From Bacteroidales bacterium UBA1205 (GTDB lineage Bacteria; Bacteroidota; Bacteroidia; Bacteroidales; WCHB1-69), in the NCBI GenBank assembly GCA_002309615.1, contig DBXT01000056.1:3671-67670 (forward strand): 64,000 bases of DNA, in the 5' to 3' direction. This document shows positions 1 through 8,875 of this stretch, piece by piece. Each line of letters opens with the position of its first letter. Within the stretch, counting starts at the first letter, position 1. The notes beneath the pieces were generated by a model. That model saw nothing but the letters and a program-made list of their open reading frames with translations, was not told the DNA's origin and did not search any database. Made by a program: the position numbers and the translations under genes.

Positions 1-487
1 CTTTTATTTTTTTTCCTTATTGATAGTTTATGGTAACCATGGTTACATTAAAAACTCCAATTTTAACTTTATTTTATTTTGCAAAAATAATCAAATTTCT
101 TATACCAATTTCTTTTTCCTTTATTTTTTTGTGCTCGCGATACACATATGGCAACCTATATATAAAAGCATTTGCTTTCCGTTTTTATTTGGTTTTGCGC
201 CCTTGTAAACTCATTTGTGATATAACTTGTTCATACACACAGCATAAAGACAAATGCTATTTAACTTATCGTATTAGGTTCCGATATATTAACAAGTTTA
301 TTATTTGGTTGTAAAAATTAATCTATTAAAAGATATCCATCATTCCATTATTTCCGTTTTTAACCTGTTTCTATCCGACTGGAAGCAGACGGATTGGCTT
401 TACATTTTCATTATTGTTGTTATAACAAACTCATTTACAGTATAGAAGCAAAAATAAATAAACTTTCTTTTATCATTCATGCGTGCA

Positions 488-519
488 TTGATATTTTATC
501 GGAAAAAATTGTATCTTTG
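488..519 (+). promoter_or_regulatory. Bacteroidota-type promoter for the 551 CDS (-33 TTG at 488-490, -7 box TATCTTTG at 512-519)
   Basis: Exact match to the TAnnTTTG -7 consensus, 31 nt before ATG 551. A TTG lies 21 nt upstream of the box. Confidence 0.5.
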
Positions 520-550
520 CAGATTGGATAATAATTAATTTTTCACAAGC

Positions 551-1240
551 ATGAAAAAAGCATTAGTGATATTAATAGCAAGCATATTAGGGGTGATTAG
601 CACCTTTAATACCGCTGCCTATGCACAAGATTTAAAACACATTAAAGAGCAGGGGCCGTTGTTCATCACATCGGTGTCGTTTTATCATGGTTTTGCACGT
701 ATTCCCTACACCCCTAAAGAAGGAGAAAATGAAAAATCCACCGAAATATTAACACAAGGTTTGCCCGTGGTGAATATTTCCCAATTTATGGGTTACCAAT
801 TCAATCCTTATGTTTGTTTAGGGGTAGGCGTAAGTTTTGACTATTGGACCATAAAAAACGCTTTTTTACCTGTATATGTTGATTTTAGAGTCAATATGAC
901 CAAAAATCGCTTTGCTCCGCAATGGTATATCAATTTAGGCTATGCCAGCCGTTGGCACATAGATTCCAAACCTTATAAAATAGGCACCGGTAACACCACC
1001 GAATACATCATACACGGAGCCAAATCGGGTTGGATGGCAGAAACAGGTTTCGGTTTAAAAGTAAACGTAAACTACTCTACTGCATTGATAATATCGGCAT
1101 TTGCACATTTTCAAGAGTCATCATTACGCTATTACGCAGGCTCTACCAAACCCAGTCAAAACATTCGTCCTTTATTGGTGAATGCCGACCAATCAAGCTT
1201 GTACATTTCATTGGGAATCAAAGCAGGTATAGCATTTTAA
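551..1240 (+). CDS. Secreted outer-membrane beta-barrel-like protein, function unknown
   Basis: Signal peptide MKKALVILIASILGVISTFNTAAYAQ. Alternating hydrophobic strand pattern. C-terminal aromatic residue (..GIKAGIAF). Confidence 0.55.
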   Translation: MKKALVILIASILGVISTFNTAAYAQDLKHIKEQGPLFITSVSFYHGFARIPYTPKEGENEKSTEILTQGLPVVNISQFMGYQFNPYVCLGVGVSFDYWTIKNAFLPVYVDFRVNMTKNRFAPQWYINLGYASRWHIDSKPYKIGTGNTTEYIIHGAKSGWMAETGFGLKVNVNYSTALIISAFAHFQESSLRYYAGSTKPSQNIRPLLVNADQSSLYISLGIKAGIAF

Positions 1241-1265
1241 GAACACATATATCCATCATAAATAA

Positions 1266-1300
1266 AAATAACACCTTGACGGTGTTATTTTTATTTTTTT
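1266..1300. terminator. Bidirectional rho-independent terminator between convergent genes
   Basis: Perfect 10-bp stem AAATAACACC (1266-1275) / GGTGTTATTT (1281-1290) with loop TTGAC. T-run on the + strand after it and T-rich sequence on the - strand after it. Confidence 0.6.
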
Positions 1301-1986
1301 TCATGCAGGGAGCAATACCTCACAAAATCGCAATGATACGGGTTCTCGCATTGTTCTCCGCGTTGAATCAGCAATGTATCTTCTGTTTGCAAAGCGTCCA
1401 GTAATTTTTCCGTTTGCTCCGCAACATATGTTTGCAAATCCAATACCTGTGGTGTTACATCCGTAATTCGGATATCTTCTACCGTAGGATTTTCGGTCAG
1501 GCTCACCCCTTCTTTTAGATGTACTATATTCATTTGCTTAGGAGCAAAACCGGCCTTGCTCATTACATAATACTGATAAGCGACATCATTAAGATAGGTG
1601 GGGGAAATATTCACCGAACTTTTTACCTCATATGCACACAGCACACCTTTTTGTTGCACCAACATATCCATTATACAAATAAAGGGCCGGTAGCAAAACG
1701 TAGCCTCATAAAGAATGAGATCTTGATACTGCAAAAGCGTATTTCGCACATCTTCTGCCGCATTTAACAATGTAGACGGGTATTGTGTTTTGGGTGTCAT
1801 ATCCTTTCCGTCGGGAAACAATTGCCATGCCAAAGATCCGAAATGATTGCCCTGCTGAAAACGAACTAATAATTCGGGAGACGGTTGTTCTCTTTCCGAA
1901 TAATTATTTTTATACAAATACAATGATTTCGGACATTGCAATCCTCTGATATAAGCACTTTTGGATATCAATCCTATTTTCCCCAT
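1291..1986 (-). CDS. Stand-alone Cas4-like / DUF2779-like PD-(D/E)XK nuclease with Fe-S cysteines
   Basis: N-terminal ISKSAYIRGLQCPKSLYLY. Nuclease core DMLVQQKGVLCAYEVKSS (D..ExK). AYQYYVM (QxxxY). C-terminal CENPYHCDFVRYC. The ATG at 1986 is preferred over the track start at 2037 because the family N-terminus starts there. Confidence 0.6.
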   Translation of the reverse strand: MGKIGLISKSAYIRGLQCPKSLYLYKNNYSEREQPSPELLVRFQQGNHFGSLAWQLFPDGKDMTPKTQYPSTLLNAAEDVRNTLLQYQDLILYEATFCYRPFICIMDMLVQQKGVLCAYEVKSSVNISPTYLNDVAYQYYVMSKAGFAPKQMNIVHLKEGVSLTENPTVEDIRITDVTPQVLDLQTYVAEQTEKLLDALQTEDTLLIQRGEQCENPYHCDFVRYCSLHEKK

Positions 1987-2058
1987 TTTAATATCATTAA
2001 GTTCTGCCTGATAAAAAAAAAGACGACATCCTAACATGTCATCTTTATACGATAATTA

Positions 2059-3006
2059 TTATCTCTCGTGATCCTGTTTCCATACATCGCTGGATAAAAT
2101 GGCATCTATACCTTCTTCCAAAGTAACAAGCGGACGTTCTACCAAAGATTTCATACGTGTGATGTCCGGCATACGGCGTTTCATATCCCCTTCTTTCAAC
2201 GGAGGTAAAAATCTCAAGGTGGATTTTGAGCCTGTACGCTCTATGATAATTTTAGCCAAATCAAGTATGGTGGTTTCATTATTATTACCTATATTCACCA
2301 CATCGTTCACAAAAATATTATCATAAGCGGCCTTGGTACATGCTTCTATATTGTCATCTATATAACAAAAAGTACGTGTTTGCGAACCGTCCCCATATAT
2401 GGTTATAGGCTCATTCTTAAGAGCCAAGGCTATGAAACGAGATATGACAAAATCTTTGGATTGTTTGGGACCGTAGGTATTGAAAAAACGGAAAATAGTA
2501 TATTCCAAACCATATTCTTTATAATAAGAACGCAAAAATGCTTCTCCCACATTTTTTACCACAGCATAGGGCACACGGGAATTCAAAGGAGTGGTAACTT
2601 CATTTTGAGGAATGGTCACCGGCTCTCCGTACACTTCGGAGGAGCTGGCAAAGAAAACGCGTTGCACATTGGAACTTTTGGATAAATCCAACACATTGCG
2701 GAAACCTTCCAAATCCATCAACACTTTGCACGGATTCTCTTGCGTTCTTTGCACCCCTACGCATGCAGCATAATGAAATACAAAATCAAAATTATGCGAA
2801 AGCATTACTTGAGAAATATCGCGATACACATTGCAATCTCCTTTTACAAACTGCCAATTTTTCCCGCGTAACTGCGGCAATTTATTTACCGCCCCTGTAG
2901 ACAAGTTATCAAACGCTACCACATAATTCTCCGTATCTTTTACCAAACGTTCTACCAAACAGCTGCCTATAAATCCGGCACCTCCTGTTACTAATATTTT
3001 TCTCAT
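2059..3006 (-). CDS. NAD-dependent sugar-nucleotide epimerase/dehydratase (extended SDR, UDP-glucuronate decarboxylase-like)
   Basis: MRKILVTGGAGFIGS Rossmann motif, catalytic YAVVK (YxxxK), 315 aa. Confidence 0.85.
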   Translation of the reverse strand: MRKILVTGGAGFIGSCLVERLVKDTENYVVAFDNLSTGAVNKLPQLRGKNWQFVKGDCNVYRDISQVMLSHNFDFVFHYAACVGVQRTQENPCKVLMDLEGFRNVLDLSKSSNVQRVFFASSSEVYGEPVTIPQNEVTTPLNSRVPYAVVKNVGEAFLRSYYKEYGLEYTIFRFFNTYGPKQSKDFVISRFIALALKNEPITIYGDGSQTRTFCYIDDNIEACTKAAYDNIFVNDVVNIGNNNETTILDLAKIIIERTGSKSTLRFLPPLKEGDMKRRMPDITRMKSLVERPLVTLEEGIDAILSSDVWKQDHER

Positions 3007-3014
3007 TGACCGAC

Positions 3015-3881
3015 TTATTTATTATCTATCAAATTAATTAAATATTGCCCATAACCGCTCTTTAACAAGGGTTGAGCCACTTTGCGCAATTGTTGTGCAT
3101 CAATAAATCCTTGTTCGTAAGCTATTTCTTCTATACAGCCTATTTTTTTACCTTGCCTGTCTTCTATCACCTGTACATATTGCGTAGCTTCCATTAACGA
3201 TTTAAACGTACCGGTGTCCAACCATGCCGTTCCCCGCTCTAAAATGGAGACTGTCAGCTTTCCCCGTTCCAGATAATATTTGTTTACATCGGTGATTTCA
3301 TATTCACCACGCTTGCTCGGTTTAATCTGCTTTGCAACTTCTACCACCGAATTGTCATAAAAATACAATCCCGGCACTGCATAATTGGATTTAGGATGTT
3401 GAGGCTTTTCCTCTATGGATATGGCTTTAAAATGTTCATCAAATTCCACCACGCCATAGCGTTCGGGGTCGTTGACGTGATAAGCAAACACTATTCCTCC
3501 GTCAGGATGCACGCAGGACTTGATATTACTTTCAAAACCACCTCCGTAAAATATGTTATCACCTAATATCAAACACACGTTGTCTTCACCTATAAATTCT
3601 TCGCCCAAAACAAATGCTTGTGCCAGTCCGTTAGGAACTTCTTGTACTTTATAGCTGAACTTACATCCTATATTTTCACCCGTTCCCAATAATTTCTCAA
3701 AATTAGGCAAATCGGTAGGTGTGGAAATAATCAATATATCCTTAATACCCGCAGACATTAACACACCAACGGGATAATAAATCATCGGCTTGTCATATAT
3801 CGGCATCAATTGCTTACTCATAGCCAATGTTAAAGGGTGTAAACGCGTGCCGGCTCCACCGGCAAGAACTATTCCTTTCAT
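3015..3881 (-). CDS. rfbA: Glucose-1-phosphate thymidylyltransferase
   Basis: [34 protein letters not shown]. 288 aa, full-length RmlA pattern. Confidence 0.93.
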   Translation of the reverse strand: MKGIVLAGGAGTRLHPLTLAMSKQLMPIYDKPMIYYPVGVLMSAGIKDILIISTPTDLPNFEKLLGTGENIGCKFSYKVQEVPNGLAQAFVLGEEFIGEDNVCLILGDNIFYGGGFESNIKSCVHPDGGIVFAYHVNDPERYGVVEFDEHFKAISIEEKPQHPKSNYAVPGLYFYDNSVVEVAKQIKPSKRGEYEITDVNKYYLERGKLTVSILERGTAWLDTGTFKSLMEATQYVQVIEDRQGKKIGCIEEIAYEQGFIDAQQLRKVAQPLLKSGYGQYLINLIDNK

Positions 3882-3969
3882 GTTTGTATGTCTTTATTCT
3901 ACTGTTGTTTCTATCAAAAAAAAATATCATTTCAACACAATTAATTGCATTGAAAAAACACTTTTACTT

Positions 3970-5166
3970 TTATTTTTGCATGCAAATGTTATGCCATTGT
4001 GACCAAAAATGCGGATAAGACTTTGCAACACATTCCCTATCATTGACACAGGAAGGTGAATCCACATAGGGTAACATTGCCAAAGCCATAGCTACTCGAT
4101 GATCATGATGAACGTCAAAATCCAACCGTTTCGGCCATTGTCCGTTTGTAGGATACATTTTTATTTCTCCTTGTTGATATTCTATTTTTGCCACTGCTTG
4201 TAATGCATGTGCTAAAGCTGCTATTCTATTGCTTTCTTTATATTGCATGTTAGTTGCACCTTTAAAACACGCCGATACATTTAAAGCGGCACATGTTACC
4301 ATCATCATGGGAACCAAATCCAAATTATCGGCAACATCATACACCACTTGTTCGGGCAGGCTCTCATAATGACGATGCAAAATTACACCTTTTTTCGTAT
4401 ATTCGGTTTGTACTCCGAAAGTTTGCATCCACTCGGCTATAATATTGTCTTTTTGCAATACGGATGCACACAAGCCGTCCAGACATAATTGGTCATAGGT
4501 ATTGTGCAAAGCCATATATTCGTACCAAAATGCTGCTGCAGACCAATCTGCTTCCACGGTCATGGTATGGGGCTGCTGCTCACCAGAAGGTTGGTACAAT
4601 ATATTTCCCTTGTCATACCGGATATTTACACCCAGCTGTTGCATAAGTTCTATGGTTTGGAATATATATTGTTGCGATGCGCCTTTATGGCATATTTTTA
4701 TGGTAACAGGCGTTTCGGACAGGGGTAGCAACAGCATTAAAGCTGTAGCAAACTGACTGCTAAGAGCAACATCCACACAACACGATTTCCATTTCCATGG
4801 CTTACCTGCTATATGCAAAGGCAAATGTTTGTCTTGTTCGGGATATGTGATGTCCGCACCCAAATCAAGCAATACCTTTACCAAAGGATGTATCGGTCGC
4901 TCTTGCATACGTTTACTCCCTGTAAGTGTCCATACCCCCGGCATGGTTGACAGCCATGCGGTAAGAAAACGGCAAGCTGTACCATCATTATCTACATACA
5001 ATTCTGCTTTGCCCTCCGCCTGCATTACTTTTTTTATACATGTATTCAACAAGCGAGTATCATCGGCTTGGGACAAATGCTCTATTTCAAAACCTCCCAA
5101 TGTTTGCTGTAACAACAGCAAACGGTTACTAATACTTTTTGACCGAGGCAAACTTACATGTTTCAT
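3970..5166 (-). CDS. aroA: 3-phosphoshikimate 1-carboxyvinyltransferase (EPSP synthase)
   Basis: LPRSKSISNRLLLL near the N-terminus, DHRVAMALAM near the C-terminus, 398 aa. Confidence 0.88.
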   Translation of the reverse strand: MKHVSLPRSKSISNRLLLLQQTLGGFEIEHLSQADDTRLLNTCIKKVMQAEGKAELYVDNDGTACRFLTAWLSTMPGVWTLTGSKRMQERPIHPLVKVLLDLGADITYPEQDKHLPLHIAGKPWKWKSCCVDVALSSQFATALMLLLPLSETPVTIKICHKGASQQYIFQTIELMQQLGVNIRYDKGNILYQPSGEQQPHTMTVEADWSAAAFWYEYMALHNTYDQLCLDGLCASVLQKDNIIAEWMQTFGVQTEYTKKGVILHRHYESLPEQVVYDVADNLDLVPMMMVTCAALNVSACFKGATNMQYKESNRIAALAHALQAVAKIEYQQGEIKMYPTNGQWPKRLDFDVHHDHRVAMALAMLPYVDSPSCVNDRECVAKSYPHFWSQWHNICMQK

Positions 5167-5168
5167 AC

Positions 5169-7259
5169 TTAACTGTTTCTTGCAAATTCAAGCACTATTT
5201 CCAATATCTCGTTGCCATAATACTGCATTGTTTTTTTTCCCACATGCGGCACTTCCAACAATTCTTTTTCGTTTTGGGGCTGCATGTTCGCTATAGCCAA
5301 AAGTGCTCTATTGGGACAAATTTTGTACGCTCGCACGTTCAATTCAGAAGCTTTCATTTTACGCCACTCCTTTAAATGTTCGTACAATTCGGGATACATC
5401 ATATCGGCAACGGCTTTCTTGCCGACAACCTTGGATACTTTGCGTATATCTGCTTTTTGTATTTGTTGTTCGGAACATATACGCATATATTCTTGTAAAG
5501 AAAATTTTTGTTCTAAACAATGTGACAACGTCTGTAACTTTATTCTTAATTCCAAAGCAAAAGCATTGAACACATTCTTATATTGCTCCTCTGTTTCTAT
5601 ATTATCTATTTCAATATCAAGCATTTCGTTTAATGGCACAAAATTACTGATAAGATAATTGATAAAATAGTTGGCGGCAGCATTAATACGGGCATGCAAA
5701 GTTTCGTCTTGATAAACGTCTTCCGCCTGACGAAACAACTTGGTATACTGACCTTCGAATTGCTTAGCTACCGATAGCAAACGGGTTTCGGCATCTGCCG
5801 ATACTTCGGCTATTTTCTCATTCATTTGAGGATATTCTTTCAACAAATGTTTAACCGAAAACGATTGTAACTGCTGCAACAACTGATACAATTTCTCAAA
5901 GGAAAATTGTTCTTTGATCATGGAAAAATAATATTGTTTTTCCATCGCTTCCAAGCGATGTTCATCGGGTTGATGTTGTTCCATATAACGTGTAAATGCA
6001 TCTACTTGACTATCTTTGATAATTCCCTTTGCGTGAATAGGGCTGCTCAATATCAACCCGTTGAGTGTGCGACATCGGCTCAATGCCACATACACCTGCC
6101 CGTGAGCAAAAGCGGCTGCCACATCTATTATCACATTATCAAAAGTAAGCCCTTGACTTTTATGTATGGTAATAGCCCATGCTAATCGCAATGGATACTG
6201 CCTGAAAGAGCCTTCTACTTGTTCCGATATTTCTTTGGTTGCTTTGTTGAGCACGTATTTGGTATTAGTCCATTCCTCCGGTTCTACCTCAAAAGCTTCC
6301 TCTTCACCCTGGCAACATACCTCTATATGATTTTCATCTATGGAGGTGATAACGCCTATTTTACCATTGTAATATTTTTTTATCGGTCCTTGTGCGTTCT
6401 TCAAAAACATCACTTGAGCACCTTTTTTTAGTATCAGCAATTCATCGGTAGGATACGATGACTCAGGAAACAATCCCGATATTTCCGCTTTGAACTCATA
6501 CGAACGTGTTTTTAACTTGCGTAAAAATTTATTGTTGATTTCATCGGCTTGGTAATTATGGGTGGTGAGCCTTACATTTGCCGATTTTTCATCCGGCTGT
6601 ATACAACGGGAATTGAGCAACTGCAATGTTTTTTCATCCACTTCTTTGCTTCGAACCACATTCAATAAATCCAAAAACAAAGATTCTTTTTGCCGGTACA
6701 CCTGTTTCAATTCTATGGTGATATACGAGGTTTGTTTCAAGGCATGACTACCGAAAAAATACAAGGTTGAATAATAAGGAGACAACAATTGCTTATCCTC
6801 TTTTTTAGCCACCGGTGCCAGCTGTTGCACATCGCCTATCATCAATAATTGAACCCCGCCGAAGGGAGTATTATTTTGTCGATAACGACGCAGGAGCATA
6901 TCCACAGCATCCAACAAATCGGCACGCACCATGCTTATTTCATCTATCACTATTAAATTGAGGCTGCGGATAATATTTATTTTTTCCTTACCATATTTGA
7001 ATTCTTTGCTCATTTTATATTCCGCCTCCGGAATATAAGGGGCAAAAGGTAATTGAAAAAAAGAATGGATGGTAACACCACCTGCATTAATGGCAGCTAT
7101 TCCCGTGGGTGCCAACACCACCATACGTTTGGTGCTGTGCTCTTTGAGGTAATGCAGAAAAGTGGTTTTCCCTGTTCCGGCTCTTCCTGTTAGAAACAGA
7201 TGGCTATCAGTGTTTTCAATACAACGATATGCCAATTCCAATTCGTAATTTGTCTCCAT
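5169..7259 (-). CDS. SF1B Pif1/RecD-like helicase with C-terminal HRDC-like domain
   Basis: Walker A GRAGTGKTT, Walker B VIDEISMV, GDVQQLAPV, TIHKSQGLTFD, YVALSRCRT. C-terminal LYEHLKEWRKMKASELNVRAYKICPNRALLAIANMQPQNEKELLEVPHVGKKTMQYYG. The track start at 7310 is a GTG that overlaps the upstream gene; the ATG at 7259 (METNYELE) is preferred. Confidence 0.85.
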   Translation of the reverse strand: METNYELELAYRCIENTDSHLFLTGRAGTGKTTFLHYLKEHSTKRMVVLAPTGIAAINAGGVTIHSFFQLPFAPYIPEAEYKMSKEFKYGKEKINIIRSLNLIVIDEISMVRADLLDAVDMLLRRYRQNNTPFGGVQLLMIGDVQQLAPVAKKEDKQLLSPYYSTLYFFGSHALKQTSYITIELKQVYRQKESLFLDLLNVVRSKEVDEKTLQLLNSRCIQPDEKSANVRLTTHNYQADEINNKFLRKLKTRSYEFKAEISGLFPESSYPTDELLILKKGAQVMFLKNAQGPIKKYYNGKIGVITSIDENHIEVCCQGEEEAFEVEPEEWTNTKYVLNKATKEISEQVEGSFRQYPLRLAWAITIHKSQGLTFDNVIIDVAAAFAHGQVYVALSRCRTLNGLILSSPIHAKGIIKDSQVDAFTRYMEQHQPDEHRLEAMEKQYYFSMIKEQFSFEKLYQLLQQLQSFSVKHLLKEYPQMNEKIAEVSADAETRLLSVAKQFEGQYTKLFRQAEDVYQDETLHARINAAANYFINYLISNFVPLNEMLDIEIDNIETEEQYKNVFNAFALELRIKLQTLSHCLEQKFSLQEYMRICSEQQIQKADIRKVSKVVGKKAVADMMYPELYEHLKEWRKMKASELNVRAYKICPNRALLAIANMQPQNEKELLEVPHVGKKTMQYYGNEILEIVLEFARNS

Positions 7260-7272
7260 AGCCGTGTTAATA

Positions 7273-8856
7273 TTACCACCATTCGTCATATTTTGTCCAA
7301 ATAGCATCACCCAGATCCCATGCCATATTTACAGCCTTGTTGGCTTGCTCCATTGTATATTTTGTGAGCATATTAATGGTTTTGGTCGGATTTTTTTCAT
7401 TATAAACCGACAGTGCTTGCTGTTCTATTTGAGCTTGATTTTTTAGCAATTCCTTTTGAAACGGCTGCCATGTTTTTTCCACCTCATACCGGAACGTACC
7501 CCATCGTTGAGCAGCCAAAGTTCCCACTCTGTTAAATGCCCACCAGGCTGCATCGCGACTGAAACCGGATACTCTTCCGCATGTTTTATACGTCTGTGGC
7601 AAATCGGTGACGGAACAATATATGGGCACATACACCGAAGAAGCTACATTATCCAGCGCGAACCACAACAATCCGCCCACAGCGTCGGGCAACCAATCTC
7701 TGCTTTGAATAATGGTGCCGTAAACAGTAAAACGAACGGCAATAGCACGCTCTCCTAAAGCATTCCAACCTCCGTTAACTTTATGTAAACGCATCTCATC
7801 TACCGACATAAAAGGATTGGCTAATGGCGATATCACCGTTTTGCCGCTATCGTTGGTAACGGTGATATTCTTTCGCATATCATATTCCGTACCTTCATAA
7901 TAGTCTCTGAACACATTCATCATCGTTTCCATGCTTACAGGCTTGTCCGGCTTGACAGAAAAAGGATAATTTTCCGCATTCGGGTCCAAATTTAATGATG
8001 GTGCCAACAAATCAAACACTCTCCATTCTCTACGACGACAAGCCAACATGGTACGACTTTGCGGAGCATACACATAGCAAAAAACAAAAGGCTCGCCTTC
8101 TTTCCACCACCCGCTGTCCAATGCCAAAGAATAAATATTATCGGAACATAAAAAGTTTGCCGTATCTTTTATATCTATTTGCTTAATGGTGCTGGCGTTG
8201 GCATTTACGGCAATATGATCGTCCGGCACACGCTGTGCCACCCACACTGCTCCTTTGTTGCCTTTACCCGGACCATATATCTCCATGTGCCACACTTCTT
8301 GCTTGTCACATATGGTAAGGCATTCGCCTGCATCTATCCAACCATATTCCTTCAACAAAGCACCTGCTACTTGTATACCCTCTCTTGCCGTAGCACTACG
8401 TTGAAGTATCAAGCCGCACAAACGCTGGCAATCTATCAGGCCTACATCCGATTTTAATTCACTTCTCCCGCCTATAGTACTTTCTCCTATTCCCACTTGT
8501 TTTTCATTCATACAAGGATATGCAGTGTTTACATAGGCATAAGTATGGGGTACCTGAGGAATTTGTCCTATGCTGTCATTGCGGTAACTCTGCATTTTTG
8601 TGGTGTTGTCCCATTTGCGAACATACATGGTCACCATTTCACCGGCCTTGTGATTTTGTGCAGGTACTATGGTAACATTGGTTCGGGAACGATGACTATC
8701 ATCGGTGTGCGAAGTGCGTACCGACCCGTCATCCGTAGCCTTTTTCCCCATGGTGATAGTGGTGCATTCATCTTTAAAAGCAAGGGTTTCCAAACTTTGT
8801 GACTGACCTGAAAGAATGAAAAAGCACAAACAAAGAATAATATATATCCGCTTCAT
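7273..8856 (-). CDS. Secreted C69-family dipeptidase
   Basis: Signal peptide followed by the Cys nucleophile context KDECTTI. Blocks GAVWVAQRVPD and GGLLWFALDN..YVPIYC are shared with the paralog at 24806..26557. Confidence 0.85.
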   Translation of the reverse strand: MKRIYIILCLCFFILSGQSQSLETLAFKDECTTITMGKKATDDGSVRTSHTDDSHRSRTNVTIVPAQNHKAGEMVTMYVRKWDNTTKMQSYRNDSIGQIPQVPHTYAYVNTAYPCMNEKQVGIGESTIGGRSELKSDVGLIDCQRLCGLILQRSATAREGIQVAGALLKEYGWIDAGECLTICDKQEVWHMEIYGPGKGNKGAVWVAQRVPDDHIAVNANASTIKQIDIKDTANFLCSDNIYSLALDSGWWKEGEPFVFCYVYAPQSRTMLACRRREWRVFDLLAPSLNLDPNAENYPFSVKPDKPVSMETMMNVFRDYYEGTEYDMRKNITVTNDSGKTVISPLANPFMSVDEMRLHKVNGGWNALGERAIAVRFTVYGTIIQSRDWLPDAVGGLLWFALDNVASSVYVPIYCSVTDLPQTYKTCGRVSGFSRDAAWWAFNRVGTLAAQRWGTFRYEVEKTWQPFQKELLKNQAQIEQQALSVYNEKNPTKTINMLTKYTMEQANKAVNMAWDLGDAIWTKYDEWW

Positions 8857-8875
8857 TTTTTATCGTTTTTTACTA

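Noticed and set aside
33-46. Perfect 14-bp palindrome GTAACCATGGTTAC.
   Set aside because: It is a single occurrence at the window edge with no neighbouring gene visible to regulate. It may belong to a promoter outside the window and cannot be evaluated here.
20-314. Two overlapping + strand ORFs (62 and 94 aa) in the AT-rich 550-bp left edge.
   Set aside because: The translations are low-complexity F/I/L/Y-rich strings typical of AT-rich non-coding DNA, with no promoter box or motif. I also checked that no partial ORF enters from the left edge: all three minus-strand frames have stops within the first 50 nt.
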